DNA of 63,911 bases, filler included, from a bacterium (GTDB lineage: Bacteria; JALSQH01): NCBI GenBank assembly GCA_026985515.1. It is 6 parts of 6 records of this genome, joined end to end, with 100 filler letters (N's around TTAATTAATTAA, not from the genome) between each part and the next. Parts side by side here need not be neighbours in the genome. Positions count along the whole stretch, not along the records: positions 1 to 18,017 come from JALSQH010000037.1; 5 more parts are not named here. The stretch is one strand, 5' to 3'. Shown here piece by piece: positions 1-9,554 of this stretch. Under the pieces are notes generated by a model. The model was not told the DNA's origin. It searched no databases and was given only the letters and a program-made list of their open reading frames with translations. The translations under genes were made by a program, and so were the position numbers. The number at the start of each line of letters is the position of its first letter. Position 1 is the first letter of the stretch.

Positions 1-77
1 AGTACACAGCAAAATATGGAGGTTATGTGGCAGCAGAGAGATTGAAACGATATGTTAAAAGATTAATGGAAAAATGA
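1..77 (+). CDS. 3' end of an upstream ORF (partial, product unknown)
   Basis: Open frame YTAKYGGYVAAERLKRYVKRLMEK* whose TGA overlaps the ATG at 74 (ATGA coupling). Confidence 0.5.
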   Translation, partial: YTAKYGGYVAAERLKRYVKRLMEK

Positions 78-1219
78 AGGTCCTCTTTTTCACAACTTCA
101 TATCCTCTCTCAGAGAATGACCCATTCCCGGGAGGGATATTTATCCACAAACTTGCCCTTCACCTGCAGAAAAGAGGGATAAAGGTTACCGTTGTTGCCC
201 CTCATGTAAGAGATGTACCCGACAACTACTTTATTGAAGGCATCGAAGTTATAAGAGTGAAATACTTCTTCAAAAAGATGGAAAACCTCTCAACTTTTCC
301 CGGAGGAATTCCCGGTCTGCTGAAAAGGGGCAGTCCCTTACTTTTCACGCTTCCCTTTCTCATGGGGGCAGGTACCTACAAAATATTCACCCTTGCAGAG
401 GAGTATGACCTTCTCCATGTTCACTGGCTATTCAATCTTTACGCGGCGATTCCCTTCAAATTAAAAGTGAAAAAACCGGTTTTAGTTACTGTTCACGGAA
501 GTGACTTCAATCTTTTTGAAAAACTTTCACCTGCCCGCATACTCATGAGATACTGTGACGCAATAGTAACCGTAAACACCACACAGGAAAGAAAACTGAA
601 GAAAAAATTTCCCCATGTGTATCACATTCCCAATGGTGTGGAAGATAACTTCTCACCTCTACCATCTGGCATCACAACCATTGGTGGTACAGGAAGTTTC
701 TCAAAAAATAAAAACTTCAAAACCCTGGCAAAGGCTCTTCTGCTGCTCAGAAAAGAGGGAATTAAATTCAGGGCAATTTTTATTGGTGACGGAGAGGAGA
801 GGGAAGAAATTGAGAGAATAGTGCAGCCATTGAGGGAAGACATCCAGATAACAGGATATATTCCCAACAGAGAAGTTTTAAACATGTTGAAAAAACTTCA
901 CATATTTGTCCTCCCCTCCTTCTCAGAAGGTCGCTCCATTGCTCTTTTAGAGGCAATGGCAACAGGCAGGGCGATTGTGGCATCAGATATTCCCCAGAAC
1001 AGAGAAATAATAAGAGATGGTGTAAATGGACTTCTTTTTGACCCGAATTCACCGGAGGATCTCAAAAATAAATTGAAATCCCTCATTGAAAACAGGGAAA
1101 GGTTGATTTTTCTGGCAAAAAACGCCTATACTACTATAAAGGAAATGAAACTCTCATGGGAAGAGGCTGCCAGAAAATATGCTGAACTCTACGAAAAACT
1201 TTTAAAAGGAGGGAGTTGA
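74..1219 (+). CDS. Glycosyltransferase family 4 (GT-B)
   Basis: N-terminal GG..F...LA..L..RG..VTV, HVHW, TVHGSD, C-terminal PSFSEGRSIALLEAMATG..IVASD motif. Confidence 0.93.
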   Translation: MKVLFFTTSYPLSENDPFPGGIFIHKLALHLQKRGIKVTVVAPHVRDVPDNYFIEGIEVIRVKYFFKKMENLSTFPGGIPGLLKRGSPLLFTLPFLMGAGTYKIFTLAEEYDLLHVHWLFNLYAAIPFKLKVKKPVLVTVHGSDFNLFEKLSPARILMRYCDAIVTVNTTQERKLKKKFPHVYHIPNGVEDNFSPLPSGITTIGGTGSFSKNKNFKTLAKALLLLRKEGIKFRAIFIGDGEEREEIERIVQPLREDIQITGYIPNREVLNMLKKLHIFVLPSFSEGRSIALLEAMATGRAIVASDIPQNREIIRDGVNGLLFDPNSPEDLKNKLKSLIENRERLIFLAKNAYTTIKEMKLSWEEAARKYAELYEKLLKGGS

Positions 1220-2640
1220 TGCCTGAGAAGAAAAGGCTGTTTATCAACGGGGAGTGGAGGGAAACAGAGGAATATGAGGAAAACATCAACCCCTACAATG
1301 GAGAACTCATAGGGTACATTCCCATTGCATCTGAGCGTGATGTAGAGGATGCCATTCAGGCCGCAGTTAAAGCCTTTGAGAAGACCAGGTGGCTCTCAGC
1401 CTACGATAAATCAAAAATTCTGGAGAGAATCAGGGATGGCATAGAAAAAAGGAAAAAAGAACTCACAGAAATGATAGTGAGAGAGTCGGGCAAACCATAC
1501 CAGTATGCCCTCGGTGAAGTAAATAGAGCAGTAGTAACCTTCACATTTGCAGCAGAAGAGGCAAAGAGAATTGGTGGAGAAGTTTTCCCTGTGGATATTC
1601 AGGAGAACACAAAGAATTATCGTGCATTTTACAAAAGATTTCCTCTGGGACCAATACTCGCCATAACCCCCTACAACTTTCCTCTGAATCTGGTAGCTCA
1701 TAAAGTTGCTCCAGCCATTGCAGCAGGAAACACAGTGGTGCTGAAACCACCACCACAGGCGCCCTTCACCTCACTGATCCTCGCTGAAATTATTGAAGAA
1801 GCGGGAGCTCCTCCGGGAATGGTAAATGTGGTTCCAACCACAGTGGAAAGGGCAGAGAAGATGGTAAGGGACGAAAGATTTAAACTCCTCTCCTTCACAG
1901 GAAGTCCAAGAGTTGGCTGGTACCTGAAGAGTATTGCGGGAAAGAAAAAGGTTCTGCTTGAACTGGGAGGAAATGCTGGAGCAGTGGTGGATGAAAGTGC
2001 TGACCTGGATTTTGCTGCATGGAGACTCGCAATTGGAGGTTTTGCCAATGCGGGGCAGGTATGCATAGCTGTGCAGAGAATCTATGTTCACTCCAGGATT
2101 TATGACCAGTTTCTGGAAAAATTTAAGAGAGAGGTGGAAAAACTGAAAGTGGGAGACCCAATGGATCCAGACACAGTTTTTGGACCCCTCATTGATGAAA
2201 AATCTGCAGACAAGGTGGAGAGGTGGATCAAAGATGCCATTGACAATGGAGCCATAATTATTACAGGAGCAAAGAGACATGGAAACATCATTGAGGCAAC
2301 CATAATTTCAGATGTGAGAAAGGATCTTCCTGTCTACTGCGAGGAGGTCTTTGGACCCGTTGTCATAACAGAACCCTTTGACAGATTTGAAGAGGCAATA
2401 GATAAGGTCAACGATTCTCAGTACGGATTACAGGCGGGAGTTTTCACCAATAATCTCAAAAACACCTTCTACGCCATTGAACACCTCGATGTTGGAGGAG
2501 TAATAATCAACGATTATCCAACATTCCGCGTGGACAACATGCCATATGGAGGCATAAAGGATTCAGGGCTGGGGAGGGAAGGCTTAAAATACGCCATTGA
2601 AGAGATGACAGAAATTAAAAACGTTGTTTTCAGATTTTAG
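1219..2640 (+). CDS. NAD(P)-dependent aldehyde dehydrogenase
   Basis: ITPYNFP, FTGS, LELGGN, AGQVC (catalytic Cys), EEVFGP, PYGGIKDSG motifs. Confidence 0.95.
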   Translation: MPEKKRLFINGEWRETEEYEENINPYNGELIGYIPIASERDVEDAIQAAVKAFEKTRWLSAYDKSKILERIRDGIEKRKKELTEMIVRESGKPYQYALGEVNRAVVTFTFAAEEAKRIGGEVFPVDIQENTKNYRAFYKRFPLGPILAITPYNFPLNLVAHKVAPAIAAGNTVVLKPPPQAPFTSLILAEIIEEAGAPPGMVNVVPTTVERAEKMVRDERFKLLSFTGSPRVGWYLKSIAGKKKVLLELGGNAGAVVDESADLDFAAWRLAIGGFANAGQVCIAVQRIYVHSRIYDQFLEKFKREVEKLKVGDPMDPDTVFGPLIDEKSADKVERWIKDAIDNGAIIITGAKRHGNIIEATIISDVRKDLPVYCEEVFGPVVITEPFDRFEEAIDKVNDSQYGLQAGVFTNNLKNTFYAIEHLDVGGVIINDYPTFRVDNMPYGGIKDSGLGREGLKYAIEEMTEIKNVVFRF

Positions 2641-2711
2641 AACAAAACATGAGAATAGGATAATTAAGAGTATAACTTTTCTTGTCAAGATTATGATGAA
2701 TCTTCAAGAGA

Positions 2712-4064
2712 TCATTGAGGAGAAGGGAGAGAAAATTGGAAAAGTGGAATAACCTGCTTTTCTCCTCCTGCCGGTATTTTTAGATTTAACTCGCTCCCGG
2801 TGAGTATGGGGGAAAAGCTCTGAAAATCATCATTAAGATAGAAGAGTTTCCCTATTTTTACCTCACACTCATCGCCAGAGAGATTTATCAGTGCTATGTT
2901 TTTAATAGTCAGAGAACTGACCGGAGCTGGCAATTTTAAAACAACTCTCTTCCAGCCTTTGAAATTCCAGGCGAGGGAAGAAGTAGCATTGGAAATTTCC
3001 TCACCACTGTCAAGAAGAACCCGCATGCCAATCTGACAATCGTCATCATCAATGTACAGGTCCATGTAGAGATAATAGTTAAGAGGGGCAAGGGAGTTAA
3101 CCTGATCAGTGAGATCCTCAGTTGAAATCTTTTTCTCCCTCTCCATCTCCCACTCCATAATAAGATAGCTCCAGGGAAGCTGATCAAGGTAATCCTCCCT
3201 TGTGTGAAGGGAGAGGTCTGGTAAAATCAGAGGAGCAAACAAAAGCTGACCACTCTGATCCTCAACCTTTCCCTCAGCTACAAGGCCATGATCTGATGGG
3301 GCAACGGAAAGAAGGGGATGACCAAGATAATTTTCACCTTTAAATGGAGTGTCTTTGGTTTCATTATCCCTCTTCCACATTTCGCCACTCTCAAGGTCCA
3401 CAGTGAAAGCGTTTTCAATATCGGCAGTTCTCCCCCAGGCATACATAAGATAACCGGGTACCAGTCCGGTGCCACCATCCTCATTGGAGTAGTAAAGAAC
3501 ATAGATCAGTTTTGAACCATCCCTTCTGCACACCCAGAAAAGGGGAAGATCAGAGAGTGAATTGTAGGGAACGCTTCTTCCATTAACCGAGAGGCTTTTT
3601 GCAGAGTATCCCAGAAGATATGGATAATGCTCCAGACACTCTTCAGGAACTGAGGAAATCCTTTCAAGCCGAACCTTCTCAAGGGTTACCTTTCCCTTTT
3701 CTGCTGGACTCTTATCCACTGAATATTTAAGGGTGACCTGAAACTGCCCCTTCTCAAGCCTCCCCACAAATAGCCTGTATGTAAAATGCGGGTTCCAGAG
3801 CACAAGATCCCCAAGCCAGTTTTCAAGGGAATCGTAGGCATCAATAACCACGGAACTTTCCTCTCTGTCCCATCTGAATCCCTTTCCTTTAACTGAGAGC
3901 GTCAAATAATACCATCCCGTCTCCGTAACAGGAAGAGAAAATGTTACCTGCGGAAAGGAGGAGGAGAGGACAACTTTCTCTTCTTCCTCCTTCCCCTTCT
4001 CCTTACAGGAAAAAATCAAAATCCCTGAGAAAACCAAAAGCAACAGAGATAAATACCTTCTCAT
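2712..4064 (-). CDS. Lipoprotein of unknown function
   Basis: Signal peptide with lipobox IFSC; 450-aa ORF overlapping the stop of the upstream gene. Confidence 0.75.
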   Translation of the reverse strand: MRRYLSLLLLVFSGILIFSCKEKGKEEEEKVVLSSSFPQVTFSLPVTETGWYYLTLSVKGKGFRWDREESSVVIDAYDSLENWLGDLVLWNPHFTYRLFVGRLEKGQFQVTLKYSVDKSPAEKGKVTLEKVRLERISSVPEECLEHYPYLLGYSAKSLSVNGRSVPYNSLSDLPLFWVCRRDGSKLIYVLYYSNEDGGTGLVPGYLMYAWGRTADIENAFTVDLESGEMWKRDNETKDTPFKGENYLGHPLLSVAPSDHGLVAEGKVEDQSGQLLFAPLILPDLSLHTREDYLDQLPWSYLIMEWEMEREKKISTEDLTDQVNSLAPLNYYLYMDLYIDDDDCQIGMRVLLDSGEEISNATSSLAWNFKGWKRVVLKLPAPVSSLTIKNIALINLSGDECEVKIGKLFYLNDDFQSFSPILTGSELNLKIPAGGEKQVIPLFQFSLPSPQ

Positions 4065-5050
4065 TCCTCTTTAAGTTTCTTCAGCAGTTTTTTCAGAGCA
4101 TTTATGAGTGTTTCGTGAATTTCTTCCGTTTTCTTCCCTAAAACCATAGCAATTTCAAAAGGTTCAAGTTCTTCAAAAATGAAGAGTGTCAGTACTTTTC
4201 TCTCCATCGGAGAAAATCCTGGAAGAATTTTCTTTATTTTATCAACAATTTCCTCTTTCATCGCTGTGAGGTCAGGAACATCCTGAAGTTCTCCCTCCAC
4301 ATCAACAGAGGGAATGAGATCCTCCAATTTCAACCACGCATCAGGCTGATAAAAATCGAGTATCTCGCTTCCAAGATCAGAAACCTCCTCCTCTGGAGGC
4401 TCAAGAGGAACATCCTCATCAATGCTAACCTCTTCGCTTTTCTCCTCTGAAATTGTTTCAATCTCCTTCATCAGAGTTTCTGCCACTGCTTTGTACAGCA
4501 ACTTCTTGTTAATATTGGCACTCTTTACGAGACCCTCTTCAACAGCTCTCTCAATGGCTTCATCAACTACATCTTCAAAGTCAACAAGTTTCAGTGATTC
4601 CCAGTCATGGTAGAGATGAGCTGCTGCCATCCTTCTGGCAAATGAAATCAACTCTGGCCTTAACTTTGCAATGGCACTCTGAATTTCAGGGGTTAACTTT
4701 CTTGTAAGAAAAGCTATTTTCTCTTCTTTTTCAATTCTGTGGTTATCAATAATCTTTTCTTTCCTCCTCTTCACCTCCCTTATTAAGGCCTTGAAAAGGC
4801 CATCCATTGCATGGGCAAGCTGTGAATGGGAATTGCTCACAGTAAGATCAAGATCCTCTGGTACATGAAGGTATCCCTTAAGGAGAAACTCCTTAGTTCT
4901 GTTTGAGCGATCTATCTCCAGCCTGAGGGATGGGTTGTGGCTGGAAAATTTTCCAAGAACTCTCTCAAGTTTTTCAACTTTTCTCTTCAGAATCTTTTCC
5001 TCTCTGTTGCTCAGAACAACATCCTCTTTTTTTACGATCTGGAGTTCCAT
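4061..5050 (-). CDS. HPF/RaiA-like N-terminal domain fused to a sigma70-like C-terminal region (region-4 HTH)
   Basis: N-term K.EKLER.L...L.LEI...GYLHVP...V....QLAHAMDGLFKALIREVKR.KEK fits HPF/S30AE; C-term FSPMERKVLTLFIFEELEPFEIAMVLG......TL..AL.KL fits sigma region 4. Confidence 0.7.
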   Translation of the reverse strand: MELQIVKKEDVVLSNREEKILKRKVEKLERVLGKFSSHNPSLRLEIDRSNRTKEFLLKGYLHVPEDLDLTVSNSHSQLAHAMDGLFKALIREVKRRKEKIIDNHRIEKEEKIAFLTRKLTPEIQSAIAKLRPELISFARRMAAAHLYHDWESLKLVDFEDVVDEAIERAVEEGLVKSANINKKLLYKAVAETLMKEIETISEEKSEEVSIDEDVPLEPPEEEVSDLGSEILDFYQPDAWLKLEDLIPSVDVEGELQDVPDLTAMKEEIVDKIKKILPGFSPMERKVLTLFIFEELEPFEIAMVLGKKTEEIHETLINALKKLLKKLKEE

Positions 5051-5065
5051 ACTACCTCCCGTTTT

Positions 5066-5896
5066 TTATTTGTTGTTTCCTTTTTTATATGGTGCCGGAA
5101 TGTATTCCACAGCAGGCTGATGCCTTACCGGCTGAGGGAAAAGAGCCATTAGCTGATACACTTCCCTCGGAATCTCGCTCTTCACATTCAGTCCCAATTC
5201 CACAGCCCTTTCATAGGTAATTGGAAAATCATGGGTGAAATATCCCTCAGAAAGTAACCTGGCCACTTCTTTTGCCCTCTCATCTTCCATTTTATCCTTG
5301 AGCAACCAGTAAACAAAATCATAAACCTGCTTTATTGCCTTTTTTGACATATCAATGAGGACAAGGGTTCTATCTTCTATTTTATCATACGGTTTCATTT
5401 CTGGAATTTTTACCAGGCTTGCCGCAGGAAGTTCCCCAAGTTGCGGATCCACCGGCCCAAGAACTGCATTTGGATCAAGGTAGATTTCATCAGCTGCAAG
5501 AGCTATCAATGTTCCTCCACTCATTGCGTAGTGGGGTACAAAGACTCTCACGGGACCTTTGTGATTTTTAATTGCCCTTGCAATCTGCTCGGCGGCAAGG
5601 ACAAGGCCACCGGGGGTGTGAAGAATAAGATCAATGGGCATATCGTCAGGAGTGAGCCTGAAGGCTCTCAAAACTTCTTCAGAATCATTCACATCAATGT
5701 ATCTGAAAACGGGGAAACCAAGGAAACTCATGGTTTCCTGACGATGAATGAGAGTTATTACCCTCGATTTCCTCTTCTTTTCTATTTTGTGAATAAGATT
5801 CAACCTCGCACTCTCAAGCATCTGCTGTTTGATCCACGGCAGCAGAGCTATAAGCATTAAAAACAACCAGAAAATACTGTTAATGGTATGGTCCAT
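5066..5896 (-). CDS. ClpP/SppA-class serine protease, SDH_sah (DUF114) family, with N-terminal membrane anchor
   Basis: IHRQET, DLILHTPGG, PHYAMSGGTLIALAAD, GPVDPQ, THDFPI motifs. Confidence 0.9.
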   Translation of the reverse strand: MDHTINSIFWLFLMLIALLPWIKQQMLESARLNLIHKIEKKRKSRVITLIHRQETMSFLGFPVFRYIDVNDSEEVLRAFRLTPDDMPIDLILHTPGGLVLAAEQIARAIKNHKGPVRVFVPHYAMSGGTLIALAADEIYLDPNAVLGPVDPQLGELPAASLVKIPEMKPYDKIEDRTLVLIDMSKKAIKQVYDFVYWLLKDKMEDERAKEVARLLSEGYFTHDFPITYERAVELGLNVKSEIPREVYQLMALFPQPVRHQPAVEYIPAPYKKGNNK

Positions 5897-5912
5897 AACC
5901 AACCTCCTTTTA

Positions 5913-6617
5913 CTACCAGGGCCTCATCACATGGATGATGCTTACCTCTTCTTTTTTAAAAACCCTCATTATCAATCCCCATACCACCCCGAAGGAAAAT
6001 CCACCTATGTGTGCCCACCAAGCCACTCCTCCCTGATGAGGTAGAAAGGCCATTGTTGTTCCATTTATGAACTGAATGAAAAACCAGAGAAACAGGTATA
6101 GAAAGGCAGGCAAGTAAACGATGTCTATGAAAATAAAAATTACGAGAAGAGTCAATACCCTCGCATAGGGGTAGAAAACCATATAGGCACCCAGTACTCC
6201 CGCTATGGCTCCACTGGCGCCGATGAGAGGAATGCTTGAATAAGGGTTAAATATGTACTGGAGAAAGACGGCAAAAAAACCTGAAGCTATGTAGAAAAAA
6301 AGATAGTGTAGATGACCAAGCCTGTCCTCCACATTGTCGCCAAAAATGTAGAGAAACCACATGTTACCTATTATGTGAAACCACCCTCCGTGGAGAAACA
6401 TCGATGTCAAAACTGGCAGAAACAGAGTTTCAAGGGGGAACCCCCTTTCAAGTCCAACTGTGAATCTGATCGGAACAAAACCATAGTGGGCTATGAACAA
6501 CTGCAGATTTCTCCCGAGGGAAAGTTCAAAGAAAAAGACAAGAAAGTTCAGAACAATGAGGGAATAATTGACAATGGGAAATCTGCGTGAGGGAATATCA
6601 TCCTTCAGCGGGAACAC
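5913..6617 (-). CDS. Rhomboid family intramembrane serine protease
   Basis: MFPLKDDIP start, SMFLHGGWFHIIGNM, GASG (catalytic Ser), AHIGG (catalytic His). Confidence 0.93.
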   Translation of the reverse strand: MFPLKDDIPSRRFPIVNYSLIVLNFLVFFFELSLGRNLQLFIAHYGFVPIRFTVGLERGFPLETLFLPVLTSMFLHGGWFHIIGNMWFLYIFGDNVEDRLGHLHYLFFYIASGFFAVFLQYIFNPYSSIPLIGASGAIAGVLGAYMVFYPYARVLTLLVIFIFIDIVYLPAFLYLFLWFFIQFINGTTMAFLPHQGGVAWWAHIGGFSFGVVWGLIMRVFKKEEVSIIHVMRPW

Positions 6618-6628
6618 CTTCTATCTCC

Positions 6629-7777
6629 TTATACGAACCTGAGCAGGGCAGCCATTCCACCCTTCTCTTCAATCTTCGTTTTCAGGTAATTAACATGCTT
6701 AACCCTGGAATTGTTTATGATGGCTAAATCGTAGGTCTTTGTGAGTATATTCTCCACCTTCTCCATTCTGCTACCACAGTAGGGACACTCTTCCCCTTCC
6801 AGGGTGATGTAATAGCAGGATGGACAGGCAACACCCTCCCTGCTGAAGTAGGGTGAAACAAGCAAAATATCCACCTTACCCTCATACAGGGCATCCAGGG
6901 TTTCCTTTACACCGGTTACACCTTTTCCATTTTTACCAATTTCTTCTTCAAGCTTTTTGAACAATTCCTCTTCCTCTTCCTTCTTTATTTCCTTTTCTAT
7001 TTCCTCCATCCTCTTAAGGATATCGCCTCTTGTTGCATTCATGTCCAGATTGGTAACTTCCCTGATAACCTTTGATTTAACCTCATAGATAAGGTTCTCT
7101 TTAAACTGGGGAAGTAGTTCCTGGTGGGAGGCAAGAATAACATAGTCAATATCCTCCTCCTCTATGATCTGTCTTGCTATGAGCATGATGTTCTTAAAAT
7201 GCCGGTAAATATGGTACATCACGTGCCTCTGAATTCTCTTTTCCACTGCACCAAAATCGTTGTAATCTTCCAGTTTGTGCATTCTCTCTCTCAGATTCAT
7301 GTGTTCCCTGATCTTTTTCATAAAGTATTCCACAAACCTCACCCTCTCCCTGTCAAAAAGAATGAGCAGATACCTTTTGAAGTTAGCCATGACCTCATCT
7401 AAAAGGAGATAGTTGGGTAAATCTGAAACAACAATGAAATCGTTTCTTGGTAGTTCCTCCGGTATTTTGAAAAGTGTGTCAAGGTTGTTGGCACTGCTGT
7501 AAAACCACACAACAGACTCCACTCCAGAGAGATCAATGGAATTCAATTCTCTCTCCATGTAATCAAGGTCAGAATAGATTCTCTTCAATTCATTTCTCGT
7601 GTATCTGGCCTCTTCCCTCAGCTTTTCCTTTGTCTCCTTGACGAGATCCTTCAGTTTGATCTTCCACTCCTTTGCCTTGAACCAGACTGGATTGACAGAG
7701 AGATAAAGATTGATTATTGGATGTTCACTCTTGATAAACTCCCTCAGTGCCCGGATTTCTCTGTTCTGAACAATCAT
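6629..7777 (-). CDS. Bacterial aeRF1-like release factor homologue (baeRF10-like) with Zn ribbon
   Basis: INLYLSV N-domain, YLLILFDRERVRF middle domain, C-terminal GVTGVKETLDALYEGKVDILLV, CPSC..CPYCG, GGMAALLRF; no GGQ. Confidence 0.8.
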   Translation of the reverse strand: MIVQNREIRALREFIKSEHPIINLYLSVNPVWFKAKEWKIKLKDLVKETKEKLREEARYTRNELKRIYSDLDYMERELNSIDLSGVESVVWFYSSANNLDTLFKIPEELPRNDFIVVSDLPNYLLLDEVMANFKRYLLILFDRERVRFVEYFMKKIREHMNLRERMHKLEDYNDFGAVEKRIQRHVMYHIYRHFKNIMLIARQIIEEEDIDYVILASHQELLPQFKENLIYEVKSKVIREVTNLDMNATRGDILKRMEEIEKEIKKEEEEELFKKLEEEIGKNGKGVTGVKETLDALYEGKVDILLVSPYFSREGVACPSCYYITLEGEECPYCGSRMEKVENILTKTYDLAIINNSRVKHVNYLKTKIEEKGGMAALLRFV

Positions 7778-7854
7778 TTCAACCTCCTCACTTGTTTTCG
7801 CTTTTCCGCTATCTATAATATAACATAATCAGCCTTTTTGAAAAAGGAAGTACC

Positions 7855-8223
7855 ATGGAACAAAAAGCAAGGCTCCACGCATCAAGGCAATGGGTGGGAG
7901 AACCGGTTTACATCGGGGATGGATATGCAGAGGTGGAATTCTTCACATTCTCCGAAATGGCAGTTGAAGTTGATGGAACTGTAAACAACGGCTTCATATT
8001 TGGCCTTGGAGAATTTGCTGCGGCTATTGCCGTCAATATTGAAAATGTCTTCATAGAAAGGGCTGAAGTAGAGTTTTTAAAACCGGTTAGAATTGGTGAA
8101 AGGGTGGAAGCCACAGGGAGGGTGGTGGAGAAAAAGGGGGAGCGCTACATAGTGGAAGTGGAGGCAAAAAGTTTTGAAGGGGTCGTGATGAGGGGAAGAT
8201 TCTGGTGCAGGGTGGAGGGATAG
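7855..8223 (+). CDS. Hotdog-fold thioesterase (PaaI-like)
   Basis: EMAVE.DGTVNNGFIFGL..FAA..AVN, VEFLKPVRIG pattern. Confidence 0.75.
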   Translation: MEQKARLHASRQWVGEPVYIGDGYAEVEFFTFSEMAVEVDGTVNNGFIFGLGEFAAAIAVNIENVFIERAEVEFLKPVRIGERVEATGRVVEKKGERYIVEVEAKSFEGVVMRGRFWCRVEG

Positions 8224-8268
8224 GTTACTTGTTTTAAAAAGATTTGCAGATTATACTAAGTAAAAACG

Positions 8269-9522
8269 ATGGACCATATCGTTAAAATTATCATCGGCGA
8301 TAGCCGTAAGATGTTAGAAATTGGAGATAATACCGTTCAATTAGTTGTTACTTCCCCTCCTTACTGGTCCATAAAAAATTATGGCATCAAAAATCAAATT
8401 GGATATGGCCAGACGCTCCATGAATATCTAAAAGACCTCTACAGAGTCTGGAAAGAAGTCTACAGGGTCCTGGAACCAGGAAGAAGGATGGTTATAAACA
8501 TAGGAGACCAGTTTGCAAGATCCATAGTGTACGGGAGATACAAAATTATACCTCTTCACGCAGAAATAATCGCCCAATGTGAAGACATCGGTTTTGATTA
8601 CATGGGCTCCATAATATGGCAGAAAAAAACAACAATGAATACCACTGGTGGAGCAAATGTGATGGGTTCCTATCCATATCCTCCAAATGGAATGATTGAG
8701 ATAGATTACGAACATATTCTGATATTCAAGAAACCGGGAAAGACAAAAAAAATACCAAAAAACATCAAAGAGCAATCCAGACTAACTAAAGAGGAATGGA
8801 AAGAATATTTTTACGGACACTGGAATTTTGGAGGTGCGAAACAGATAGATCATCAGGCAATGTTCCCGGACGAATTACCCAAAAGGATAATTAAGATGTT
8901 CAGTTTTGTTGGAGAAACTATACTTGATCCTTTTTTAGGAAGTGGTACCACTGCAACAGTTGCCATGGAGTTGGGGAGGAAGGTAATCGGATACGAAATT
9001 AACGAAGACTTCCTGACAATAATCAAAAGTAAAATCAAATTTGACGATTCTACAATATTCAAAAATGAAATTGAAATTATCAAAAGAAATAAACCTATTG
9101 AGCCTGAGCCTATTTTTTACACGCCAAGAATAAAAGATGCGAGTCCGATAATTCAACCGGACAAGCTGAGATTTGGTAAAAACAAGCTTTATAAGGTCAT
9201 GGAAATACTTGAAGATGGAAAATTAAAATTGGATACAGGACTTGTTGTAAAACTTAGAGGGATAATTATAAGGGATAAAGATGCCACACTATCCTACATG
9301 AGAAAATATTTACTTAAAAAGCAGGTTTATTTAAAATTTGACAAAGGCTATATTGCAAGTAAAGAGGGTGTGGAAGCATATATTTATCTTAAGAACAGAA
9401 TATTTGTGAACAAGTACCTCATCAAAAACGGCTTAGCTACAGTAGATAGACAACTTGATTTTGATATGAAGGAGAAATTTATTGAAATTGAGGAAACATC
9501 TCATCAAAAGATTAAAAACTAA
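8269..9522 (+). CDS. Type II DNA methyltransferase (beta class, probably m4C) with C-terminal SNase/thermonuclease-like domain
   Basis: VTSPPY motif IV before HQAMFP and LDPFLGSGTT motif I; C-terminal ~110 aa with VKLRGI, AYIYL.N..FVN..LIK.GLA SNase-like pattern. Confidence 0.88.
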   Translation: MDHIVKIIIGDSRKMLEIGDNTVQLVVTSPPYWSIKNYGIKNQIGYGQTLHEYLKDLYRVWKEVYRVLEPGRRMVINIGDQFARSIVYGRYKIIPLHAEIIAQCEDIGFDYMGSIIWQKKTTMNTTGGANVMGSYPYPPNGMIEIDYEHILIFKKPGKTKKIPKNIKEQSRLTKEEWKEYFYGHWNFGGAKQIDHQAMFPDELPKRIIKMFSFVGETILDPFLGSGTTATVAMELGRKVIGYEINEDFLTIIKSKIKFDDSTIFKNEIEIIKRNKPIEPEPIFYTPRIKDASPIIQPDKLRFGKNKLYKVMEILEDGKLKLDTGLVVKLRGIIIRDKDATLSYMRKYLLKKQVYLKFDKGYIASKEGVEAYIYLKNRIFVNKYLIKNGLATVDRQLDFDMKEKFIEIEETSHQKIKN

Positions 9523-9554
9523 TTAAAGGAAACATCAGGTCACGGAGATCTTAA

